Positions 40,917 to 53,172 are shown, counted from the first letter of the stretch. The stretch: DNA of 64,000 bases from Antedon mediterranea (GCF_964355755.1 NC_092677.1:4176101-4240100), one strand, 5' to 3'. The notes: generated from the letters alone by a model not told the origin. Numbers and translations: made by a program.

Positions 40917-42224
40917 TCAAAAAGGATTATTTAAAATTGCTAAGAACCTTGATTCTGAAAGTGTGGAACCTCTTTTGGAAATGGCAACACATTTACAGCG
41001 GTCAACCTCCTTGATGAGGTCAAGAAGTGATCGTTCTTTTTCTTCAGAACCGTCACATCTATCAATGCTGTATGGTCTGCAGATCTCAGCCATCTCCATG
41101 ACGTCTTTGACGCCAGGTGTAAAGTTATTCTCTTTCATCTCAGCCATTGCGGGGTGTGTTGTGTTTGTAAAGCCTCTCTTTCCCGTCATCACAGCCATTG
41201 CGGGATGTGTTGGCAATGTAAAACCTCTCTTTCCCGTCATCACAGCCATTGCGGGATGTGTTGTGTTTGTAAAACCTCTTTTTCCAGTCATGGTAGCCTT
41301 TGCTGGATGTGTTGTGTTTGTAAAACCTCTCTTTCCAGTCATGGTAGCCAATGCGGGATGTGTTGTGTTTGTAAAACCTCTCTTTCCCATCATCACAGCC
41401 ATTGCTGGATGTGTTGTGTTTGTAAAACCTCTCTTTCCCGTCATGGTAGCCATTGCTGGATGTGTTGTGTTTGTAAAACCTCTCTTTCCAGTCATGGTAG
41501 CCATTGGGGGATGTGTTGTGTTTGTAAAACCTCTCTTTCCAGTCATGGTAGCCATTGCTGGATGTGTTGTGTTTGTAAAACTTCTCTTTCCAGTCATGGT
41601 AGCCATTGCTGGATGTGTTGTGTTTGTAAAACCCCTCTTTCCTGTCATCACAGCCATTGCTGGATGTGTTTTGTTTGTAAAACCTCTCTTTCCCGTCATC
41701 ACAGCCATTGCTGGATGTGTTGTGTTTGTAAAACCTCTCTTTCCCGTCATCATAGCCATTGCGGGATGTGTTGTGTTTGTAAAACCTCTCAACTGTTGAA
41801 CATTGTTGAATGTTTTGACCACAGAGGTACTTCTAAAAAACAAATAATAAATGCGATTCCGGTAAAATTAGGCGCTAACGTTAATTATTGACAATTGAAA
41901 CCAGTCAACGACCTCAATTAAGAGGACGATTGAAAGAAAAGCTCTGTCTACACTATCAAACTTTATTTGAAAAAAAAAGTGATTTGCCCATATTAGACAT
42001 GATAATGTCATCACTATTTGGGCATATCACTACCTCATTTGGGCAGATCACTACCATATTTGGGCAGATCACACTTTATTTTTGTCAAACTAATTTGATA
42101 GTGTAGACACTACAATAATTAATACACAAGTAGAGCTTCAGAACAAAAAGTAATGGAAGTCAAAAATTCTAATCGTGCTTGACTGCCATAGCACTTGTAC
42201 TTACCGCAACAGTCGAAGTGCCAT
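40917..42224 (-). CDS. PEPCK-derived two-exon gene: duplicated exons 1-2 with a 17-aa repeat expansion, predicted 311 aa, no catalytic domain
   Basis: Exon 1 42224-42205 (MALRLLR, donor CG|GTAAGT) aligns with PEPCK exon 1 and its 5' UTR. Exon 2 41832-40917 (acceptor TTTTAG) aligns with PEPCK exon 2 (STSVVK.FN..Q.LR.FT.TTHPAM ... VK..V.E.AE.C.P.SI..CDGSEE). Phases join, the ORF is intact to TGA, and a minus-strand AATAAA lies at about 40686-40681. Could alternatively be a pseudogene. Confidence 0.7.
41136..41789 (-). repeat. Coding 51-bp tandem repeat, 12 full plus 1 partial unit (RGFTNTTHPAMA[V/T/M]MTGK)
   Basis: Directly visible; no indels among units. Confidence 0.97.
41940..42109. mobile_element. 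MITE family A copy in the intron of the PEPCK-derived gene
   Basis: TIRs and internal motif present. Confidence 0.8.
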
Positions 42225-43635
42225 TTTCAAGAACACGTTATCGTATGTAAAACAATGAATCCCCTGGAATGCAGAAATTACCACCAAAGTGTCACGTCCA
42301 AAATCAGTAAATGACACGATTTAAAATATAAACAATTAAGAATAATTTATCATATATTATAATTGACGTCACAATAGTTGCCGACAATATAATTTGTTTA
42401 TAATTCTATTCACGTTTTTAATTTAGGAAGTTCGTAAGATTTCTTTAGATTCATTGGTTAAACTCGTTGTTTTGTATTCAAATTGTATCATTGTACGTAA
42501 ACAAAATTTAAACCAACCAACTAAATTTCACTTGTACCTTGTTGTTTAAATGAGAATAAATAATATCGTATCGTATCGTAAAATGATAGGTGTGGAAACA
42601 GGGATTACTTTGATCATCATAAGGTCTCCCTCTATGGGCTATTTGTACCTTCGTATAAAGCATATTGTTAAATTATCTGTGAAATGTAAATAAACAAGAA
42701 ATATTTCTTACAAAAAACGCCGCTCGACATTTTAAAATGAATCATTGTTCTTTTGATTAATTTATGATTAATTATTAAAGATGTCCTTTAATCGCAAAGA
42801 TACATACAAATCACAGATAGTTAATTGTATACACAGCATTTGTAAGACATGTGTACCTTTCCAACAATGTATTATTTGCTAAAAAATATTACTACTAATT
42901 AAAAAATGGCATTTAAAAATGGTCAATTTTTAACTTTAATGTGTTGTAGGCTGTTTGTGTGTGAGTTCGACCTGTACTGTAGGCATGCAACTGAATACCC
43001 TCACGAGACAACGTGACTTCACGGTGGTACACAAGTGAGAAATTTCTTCCAGTCTGTTGATTCGCGTCAACCAATCAAAGGGCGAGAATCCAAAATCGTT
43101 CAATCGTGAGCCCTCATAGACTCTCTTTTCCTAGACGTTTTTTTTTTGGGTCCAGCAGCTGGGACCTATAAATTATAGTCGAGTTTACAAATTCGCAAAA
43201 CTGTCGGCCTTAGATACTAAGGATACCGCTATGAAACAGCTGATTAATGAATATGTCCTCTTGGGACATAGCTGGCTAGAGCCGCGGCGCGAACAAAACA
43301 CATACGCATCTACATTTCACTGGGTTTAAATGTCCACGTAATACAGTAGTGACGCATCATGCCGCGATGGATTTAATAACGTAACGTACGTTTGTGTTAG
43401 GCCTACGACACTATAGGATACTGCATTTCAGGTATTGAAAAATCGATTGATCACACTCAATTGTTAGTATATAGTGCCTTCTATGTATCTGGTTACGGAA
43501 CCTGGGATGTAAAGCACTGTGCTGGTTGTGCTTTAAACTTGGTTCTTCTCACACGCAATTAATTTCACTTCATTCATATACGATTAAACTGATCCGAATC
43601 TATCCGAATTACACATCCAACGTCCGTCGTAGTCA

Positions 43636-44742
43636 TAAACTCCGATATAACTCCGATGTATTCCTACCTCCGATATAACTCCGATTTATTCCTCCGATGT
43701 ATTCCTCCGATATAACTCCGATGTATTCCTCCGATATAACTCCGATGTATTCCTCCGATATAACTCCGATGTATTCCTCCGATATAACTCCGATGTATTC
43801 CTCCGATATAACTCCGATGTATTCCTCCGATATAACTCCGATGTATTCCTCCGATATAACTCCGATGTATTCCTCCAATATAACTCCGATGTATTCCTCC
43901 GATATAACTCCGATGTATTCCTCCGATATAACTTTGATGTATTCCTCCGATATAACTCCGATGTATTCCTACGATATAACTCCGATGTATTCCTCCGATA
44001 TAACTCCGATGTATTCCTACCTCCGATATAACTCCGATGTATTCCTCCGATATAACTCCGATGTATTCCTCCGATATAACTCCGATGTATTCCTCCAATA
44101 TAACTCCGATGTATTCCTCCGATATAACTCCGATGTATTCCTCCGATATAACTCCGATGTATTCCTCCGATATAACTCCGATGTATTCCTCCGATATAAC
44201 TTCGATGTATTCCTCCGATATAACTCCGATGTATTCCTCCGATATAACTCCGATGTATTCCTCCGATATAACTCCGATGTATTCCTCCAATATAACTCCG
44301 ATGTATTCCTCCGATATAACTCCGATGTATTCCTCCGATATAACTCCGATGTATTCCTCCGATATAACTCCGATGTATTCCTCCGATATAACTCCGATGT
44401 ATTCCTCCAATATAACTCCGATGTATTCCTCCGATATAACTCCGATGTATTCCTACCTCCGATATAACTCCGATATATTCCTCCGATATAACTCCGATGT
44501 ATTCCTCCGATATAACTCCGATGTATTCCTCCGATATAACTCCGATGTATTCCTCCGATATAACTCCGATGTATTCCTCCGATATAACTCCGATGTATTC
44601 CTACCTCCGATATAACTCCGATGTATTCCTCCGATATAACTCCGATGTATTCCTACCTCCGATATAACTCCGATGTATTCCTCCGATATAACTCCGATGT
44701 ATTCCTTCGATATAACTCCGATATATTCTTCGATATAACTCC
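43636..44742. repeat. 24-bp minisatellite, about 45 copies (CTCCGATATAACTCCGATGTATTC), occasional +CTAC variants
   Basis: Highly homogeneous tandem array without spacers. Confidence 0.97.
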
Positions 44743-44847
44743 AAAGATTTCAGAGGTACCAGGATGTAACTTTAAATCCAATAGAGTATGAAGACAATAG
44801 CTTCTCATGAACGCATCGCCCTCCCCTCCCCTAACGTCACCTCTACT

Positions 44848-45180
44848 TTAAGGCCAGTTGCAGGCAAACGAATTCATACTTTCCAATAATTATCGATCTA
44901 TATAGTTTCCACTATGTTTATAATTTTTCAGTTGGAATTGCCCAGGTGTGTTGGTTTGTCAACATTATGTAAACTTGAATAATAACTTGAATTTTACATT
45001 ATTTTGTGTTTTTATTCAACTTCAGATTGGTTATGTTCACGCTATATCAAACATTACCTACCGTATATACCCACTCAATCAATTTGAGTCATCTTGAGGT
45101 AAAGGTAATCAGTATCAGAACTACAGACTGAAAAAAAAGAAGTCAGATTTGTTTTCTTCGTGATTTCTGTTACACCATTT
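44848..45180. mobile_element. Inverted partial copy of the 4182-4665 element
   Basis: TTAAGGCCAGTTGCAGGCAAA..CCAATAATTATCGATCTATA..GTTTCC..CTATGTTT is the reverse complement of about 4580-4668; similarity continues to the 4410-4500 segment. Confidence 0.7.
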
Positions 45181-48100
45181 TAATTCATGTACAGTGCACA
45201 TTTAATATCTGAATTTCCTGCCCGTAGCTGAGTCTATATGGTATTGTTATAGTTTTACTAACTAAAACTATACGTTGTAAGCGAGTTATAATAGTTGTAT
45301 AGAAAATCTGAAAATGTAAAGGTTAAGTGACGATTATAAGTCAATAATTCAATCCCATATGGAGTCACTGTTCGTTGGTTGAAATTTATTGCTAGCGTAG
45401 AAATGTTATCAATTTATCCACTTCTTTACTATCATTTGGGAACTGCTGTAATCCTAAATTCGTTGAATCAAGTAACTAGACTTTGTACAACGCAAAGTTA
45501 AAATGATCATGACGTCTGTACTTCATTGCATGGTAGCTTTATATTACCAATTCCGAATTTATTCAGGTCATATAATTAGGCCAAAACAAAAACATTTGTA
45601 CAATGTGTATGTGAGATAGCCTGGTTCTATTTAAGAAGACTGAAGCTCTTTCAGATTAGGCCTATGTAACTGTTTGTGAGGTAAAGCCTCTTTCGTTTGT
45701 AGTTTTACCGTTCGTCTTTTAACAGGTGAAATTTTCACAGTGAGGTGTATTTATGCTCTTTAATTAAATATTGATATAAAAAACTGATCCTCTGCAAATT
45801 CTTCCCGCCCGCGCACGTCCGGTCGTCCGGGTCAATTTTATTGTTTTAAAATCAGTACAAAACCTGAAATCCAGGTGCATTTGAGGTGACGGGACACTGT
45901 CTTTTACAAAAATAATACCAACAGTGGATTGTTTACAATTTTTTTGTTAAGTCTGGTTTTAATTAGTAACAATCTCACGTGTAATTACTTTATTTTTGAA
46001 TATCTTTTTGTGTCTTCTTTTCTCATTTATTTAACAGGTGCACTTACTATAGCATGAACCACCCACTTGTGTGAAAAGAATTTAAAAATATCACAGACTT
46101 GTACTATAACAAAACAAACGGTCTTCGACCCGTAACATTTGTTTCATCGCATAGCCTTTGTACACGAATACATAATGGACATGCTACTAACTACTACTTT
46201 TATATTTTGATGGGCTTATGTCAACTCGGAAATGGAAGCTCAACTCAACCCAGCTGTAGTGTGAAGACCTAGACAAGGGGACACTGGTGAACCTTTCGTT
46301 GAAAATTCGAACAAAAACTAAGTTATTCGAGAAAAGATTTCCAAAGGTTGCTAGTAGGCTAGTTGACAAACTTTGTGAAACTGCAGAAAACACGTTCAGT
46401 AATATCACAATAGCAAACCTTTCAAGATTTGCAAACTCAGCACATTCTGAGAATGGTAAAGTTTACTAAAACCACCTTTACCAATAGAAGGTTTGAAGGA
46501 ACGTGTTAGTGTATATAGTTAAACAAAATCCTAACGGAGGCTCCCATTGCAGCATGACAATAACAGATTATTTTATGCCTGCAATTGCTTTAAAACGCAG
46601 AAAATAGTTGGTGTTATTAAATAATAATAATAATATAATTATACACGCTTGTAAACAAAATTACTGTCTAAAATTACTAAAATCAAACAGGTTTGTTTTT
46701 CTCAATGTGCAATTACATTCAAAATGTCTTTCTTTTATGTTACATATAAATATTTAAATTAATTATGTTGTTGCTTTCTATTTAACAATCTATGTTGTAT
46801 GTTAACATCTTCAAAAGTAACACTCGGGATCTTAAATAAATAAATAAATAATGAAAGTGTATACTGATTAAGATATTCTTTGCATTAGCTTTATCTAACG
46901 TTGTCAATCGGACCGATGACAGAAAATGTTCAGTCTGGTCTAAATAGTTAACCATAATCAATACCAAAGTTGATGAATGACGTTTTGAAATGAAATCATA
47001 AAAACACTCATAATTAAGTTTAATTCGAAATTAATGCAAGTAAACTTTATCATTATAATACATAGGGGCACGAGTAACTAGGTCAGGAGGTCATGTGATT
47101 AAGTGAGGCTATGTGGGGGAATACAATCCTGCTGATTATCGAGGGATTTCCCTCGCGTGCTTGTACAAGAAAAGGGAAACCAATATTGACTTGAAACATA
47201 TGACACGTGTTCAACACCAAAATGGTGTTACGATACTACCTCGAAATTATATGGTTTTTGTTTTGAATGACATGGACTGAGAAAGGCGGTAAAAGTAAGT
47301 GATTTTGTCTAGAATTGCTTTGACACAGCAATTTATCTGCTGGTATAAATGTATTTTCACAATATTAGGAGGAGGAGTCTTTGTTTATTCTATCTTGTAT
47401 TTTTAGAAACACAAATATGAAGAAAAAAAACACTGAAAAATATTTTTTTATTTTTTTTAACATGCCATTTTAATATCCAATTTCACTAAAAATTGGATCT
47501 AAACAAAATGTATTTACCTGAAAAAACTGTCATTTAAAGCAAACAATAGTCAAATTGGCTGCCAGCCAATGGATTTTTTTTGCTGAATTTAACCATTATT
47601 ATGTTATTTTAGTGAAGGAAACAAATTTCTACGAAAGTGATTAACTTTATTAAAACTACAAAATGGCATATTCAAAGTCTGATTTAATTAATCTTCATTG
47701 TTCATGTTTTTGGGTGACAATACATCTTTAAGGTCTGTTTTCAGTAGGTGAATGTATTCCCCCATCCCCGAATCGAAATCGTTTCAATGTTTGAATACGA
47801 AAAAATATACGCAACCAATCAAAGCTTATGTTCTATTAATGATAAAATTCTTAAAGTACGAAGCAGGATTAAAGCACTCTATAAATCAGACATTCCTTTT
47901 TGTTTTAAGAAACCAAATCGAAAGGAAAACAAATCAAAGTTTCTTCTTCAATTTAGTTATTCATAAGAAAAACATACAGATATCTAAAGAGCATGGGTTT
48001 GGACGACAGATCCACTGAAACTACGCTATTCACGTGACCTTTAAGCGTGGACAGGGATGGCTATTAATTGGTGATAAAACAAACCAATTAATAGTAGTAT

Positions 48101-48645
48101 TAGACTGTGCTTTTAGTAGGACTATTACTTAAACGCCCACCACATTGACCAATCAGAGGACCATTAAAATAATTTATTGTTATTCATTTCATTTTATAAT
48201 TTATGGATATATAGCCTAACTTACAAGTCAAGCAAAGTAAATAAAAATGTCATTCCATATAAACGTGGGCGCTAAAGATGGTTGTTTGCAGTGTAACGTC
48301 GTCAAACAAAATTTACAATTTACTGTATTAGAAACTGACAACATTTTGGTTTGGTATATAGTCCATGGGATTTAGCTAAAAAATGACCCTTTTCTCACAC
48401 AAATTGCAAGAAAAGGTTTTTTTGATGAAATGTGTTCTTTAGACCCTACTGAACATATTTATCAACGTTAGGACATTTTTCGACAACGGGAAATAGCCTA
48501 ATTTGCATAATTAATAATGGCCGCCATTTTTAATAACGTATACTCTGTATCTAGGAAACCGCTAGTCACAGATACTTAATTATGGTGTCAAAATCGTTAG
48601 AATATATGTTTTTATATTCACTTTATTAATATGAGGTGGGATTGG

Positions 48646-48799
48646 TATGGCGCGCCAAGCTGTAATTTATTCAAGCAATAGAGATATCGTTTTAATAGAT
48701 CTCTATTTAAAACTAAGATATCTTTATTAAAAATTAAGATATCTCTATTTAAAACTAAGATATCTTTATTTCCGCCGAAAAAAAAGCTTGCGCGCCATA
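48646..48799. mobile_element. Small MITE with TIR TATGGCGCGC(C)AAGCT and internal about 21-bp AGATATCT repeats
   Basis: Inverted termini TATGGCGCGCCAAGCT / AGCTTGCGCGCCATA with about 5 internal AGATATCT-containing units. Confidence 0.75.
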
Positions 48800-51700
48800 G
48801 ATAAGGATACAAGAAAAGCAAGGATACTTTAAAAATGTTCTCTCCGGCAAGAAGCGATTATGACGAAATTAAAAATTTGATGTGTTATAATTCCAACTGT
48901 TTCCACAGTTATGGAATGTAAAGAATTTTGTAGAACTTCAACCAATGCGAGTTTACTGATTCTGAAAAGTTCACACACCTTCTTTGCGACACGAAAAAAA
49001 CTATAACTGAAATCGTAAAAAAAATGAAGAAAGTCTAACATTTTAAAAAGATTTGAGACTCATATAGATCCAAATGAAAATGTACATGTTTAATATGTCT
49101 GGTCTGGTCTAGTTCATTCACTATACATTCACTCACTCACTTATTTGGGACACCCCTGTTCGTAGAGACACCTCTGTTTTGGAGACACCTCTATTCGGGG
49201 GAACACTTTCCAGTGAACCAAACGAGAGTAAACAAACGATTTTACACTAAGACCAACTCCTATTCAGGTGACACCTTATTTTTAATGAGAAAGTTTTTGG
49301 TTTTCTTCTGTCATGTTTTTGACGTTTCATGTTTGAAATAGGTCAATACAAAATATTTTAATAACCCATGGGAAAATATTCTTTAAACACTTACCCAATT
49401 TGGTTAGTATATAGCTTATTACATCTGAACATTCTACAACATAATGTAAGCAAAACCCGGATGTAGACACATGGAGACTTTGTTGGTTCAGATGTACTTT
49501 TTTTGTTGTTATTTGAGACAACAACAATTTGTCAGACGTTGAGTTCCATCATCAAAGAGCGACAGATGCCAAAGAGGCGTTTAGACTCCAGCACTCTCAC
49601 GACAGCTACAGTAACGAACACGCTAGATATTTTAGCAAGCTGAACACCGTTGTTGACAGGAAGTGTCAACACGTTTATTAATAAACCACATACCGGATTT
49701 GCTCTTCTTTCAACTACCTTTGAAAAATATGTATACGATGAGGGTTGAATTTGAATCCCTTTTTGACCCAATTGTTTGTCATGACTCAATGATTAACCCC
49801 ACCTGGTATTCCAATAGACATCAGTCAATCTTAATCATAAAACATTTTACAATTGAATTTAAAGATAAAGAGTTAAAGATGAAGATTAAGTTTATTAAAG
49901 AAATAATTTACATTTTTTTTAATCATTTATACTTACTGAGAAACGGTTGTTTAAAAATCAATTATATACCTACGTATTAATTACTTTCATCAAAACATTC
50001 ACATAAAATTATTTCTTAGTGGAATTAGTAAGTAAAACACCAATATGTTTTTGTGTGAGCATAGAGGATTACACCAAGATTATAAAATAGTAATTGTCGA
50101 GTCTGTGCTCGTTAATAATTCATCTATTGTATGAGCACCTCATACACTACTTTCCTAGAGAAACGATAACGTTGAAATAGCAGTTATTATTAATTGGTTT
50201 AATTAATTTCATAATCAATTATATTTTTCAACAAAAACACAAGACTGTAATATAGGATGTGTAGGACTCTTTATAAAGAATCTCACAAATGAACTTCCTT
50301 TTATACACGACTTTTGTCAAAGTAACTTGCTAGAGAAACGATGTTGCCGTTTAAATAGACCTTAATAAAAACATACAATATCTGCTCTATCAAAGTATGA
50401 TGAAGAAGTCCTTAGTCTACACTGAATATAAATGTCTATTTAACCACTTACTGTTAGGCTCCATTCTTCTTTTAGGATAAAATACAAAGAAATGTAAAAA
50501 AGATGAGTAAGAGCTATTGTTTTAATGTGATCAGTTCAGGATATCGTATACAAATCCGTGTATTTAAAATTCAATATTTATACGAACCTCGTAGTCATAT
50601 GTAATTGCTCGCTATTCCCAAAGCATACATACATTAGCAATTGGTAAGTATTTATAGAGCTATAAAAAATATATATTAAATGCCAAGGTAATATTCTGAT
50701 TGTTGAGGACATCACCTAACCTCCGAATGGACAGATAATAAGGATGTTATCAGTAATGACCGATCGATTCCGGTTTTCAACCTATTACAAGTAAATCAAT
50801 GGGCATTAGAGCTATCAAAATAATTTGATTATTATCCTAACGTATAGTATGTAACTTGACATTTAGGAGTTATGCACCACACGGTCACCTTGATTTTTTA
50901 GGAAAAAAATGAAAATGAATGTTATCTGTAGGCGGAATATCACAACCAACTCTGGCAGAACCCTGGTTCAAACCGACCACTTTAATACTTGGATGGCGAT
51001 CTTTAAAAAAAATAGAAGAATCAATTAAATATTAGTGTTATCGTGTTCAACACATAAATAAGAAGACAGTGTGATCCGAGATATTATAAAGCTACTCACG
51101 GTCAATGTCATCTGAATTTAATTAATGAGGACAATTAGAATTAATGATAATAAATTCGTTATCTGACATTGCTGACATTTTGAATTCACAACATCTCGAG
51201 ACCCGAAAACAATAATAATGTGCCATTAAAAGTTGCGTTTGATATAGGAATCGTATTGACCAATCAACGGCCTGAAGCGTGGGAACGTTAACGGCTCGAA
51301 TTGACCAATCACACACGTTACGCGTGGGCAAAACAACGACTGAATCGACCGAGAAGAAATCACCATAGTTCAGAAAAGTTTAATAGCTAATTTATTGTAT
51401 AATTTATTATGAAATATGGACTTAAAATTCTGCGTATTCTTTTTTTTAAATTTGTCTAAATGTAAGTATAAACTTTAGTATGATGTTTGATTATCGTGTT
51501 ATGACATGTTGCGTGGGACGGTAACGTGAAATAGTATTAGCACAATTAGACGCGGATGGATATGAACCAATTAGCGGTCTTCAACATCGTTTATTTGTTT
51601 TAACAATATTTTACGAGGGTGGTCCATCTAGTCGAAACTGATCATTAGGGTGTCATTAGGGACACTCACAAAAATACAACATGACGAGACATAAACATGT

Positions 51701-53172
51701 AACAATGAAAATGTAATTAAAATAGATATAATTAATAAAGATAAACAAAATAAAATAAAGCACGAACAAATTTGAATCAAAAATTAAATAAAATGAAATA
51801 AAATTGGCCATCTCAGAAAAGAAGATAGGAAAAAGGAAGCAACTAAACAAGAAGATGGTTTTTAAGCAGAAATTTTGAGGAAGAGTAAGATGTTCAAAGC
51901 AAGTCGGATATCATTCGTATGAGAATGCAATTCAGTCTTCATTTTCATTCATTTTTTTCAATCCTTATTCATTTTACTTATTTCATATTAATTAGTTGCA
52001 TAAACTTAAGCTATTTAACGACTTGTGTTGTAGTGAAAGTTTAAAGAAGATTCGATAACGGCCTTATTAGTCTACTAAACATTTCCAACGTATTAGTAAT
52101 CGGCATGTTAGTTTCAGATTAGCAAAAGAAAAACCACAAAACACCATGTGTGCATAATCAGTACTGAAAAAAAACCGGCTAATATGGTAGCATCGATACT
52201 TACAAAGACATTGCGTTTTAATAAGCCAGATATTGTATATTGAATTTATTTATTTTGTTTTAATAATAATAATTTAAATTTGTTTTTAACGCGCCTTGAG
52301 CACTCTTGAGTGGTATGTGGTCTATAGAAATCTATATTATTTTTATATTTGCAAAATGCTACTTCGATTAACAAATTCAGATGCCTGTGTTGAAAACAGG
52401 AAAAATTATATTAGGTAAACAAAATCACAATCTGTATCGCAATACGCATTTTAGGATGGCCCCACACTGCGATAATTTCAACTGATTTAGGGGCGATTAT
52501 TGAATATGCCCTTAAAATGGCTCCCTTAACACTTATTAAACGTGTCCCCAGAGTGTCCCCACACGACGAAAGTTCTACAAAAAATTTGAACCATGCGATC
52601 AGACAATATTTTTCTTCGAAATATTACTATATAAATTGTTCAATATTGATTCTGTATATGCACTGCATCGCATGCGGTGTCTGTACATAATTATGTTAGT
52701 ATTAAACTAGTTTTATGGCCTATGAATTTTAAAGACATCACATGTGATACATAATGTGACACTGTGATTACCTAGGATACAGGATATATTATAGAGTACC
52801 CAGAATCAGCTCGGCCCGCATTACAAACAGTACCGTACTTAAGAAGTGTTTATAATTAATTGTATTGTCTTTAAATAACAAAGATGTATGTCGTATAAAT
52901 AAACTTATAATTGAGGCAGTTTTAACTTATTTGATTTTGATTTTTTAGTAATTAACAATAAGTTTATACGTAATAATGTAATAATGACGGTAATGTATTT
53001 CACCCGTGTCTGCGGCTGTCTCTAGGTAGATCTTAACTGACTATTGACAGTCAAGTACCTGCTCAGGGCTGTACTGTATCACATCACAAAATAGCATTAC
53101 CAAGTATCATGGGAATATTTTGTATTACAGCAGCATCTCTTTTGTATCACGTGCGGTGCCTGTATCATGTAA

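Noticed and set aside
40963-41891. Plus-strand ORFs (hydrophobic 278 aa and Cys-rich 245 aa, metallothionein-like appearance)
   Set aside because: Antisense shadows of the 51-bp array. Homology to PEPCK, the splice sites and the synonymous variation all support the minus-strand frame.
43633-44615. Long ORFs (EEYIGVIS)n, (MYSSDITP)n and similar
   Set aside because: By-products of a 24-bp minisatellite. The +4 CTAC variants shift frame repeatedly, and there is no splice or promoter context or unique coding flank.
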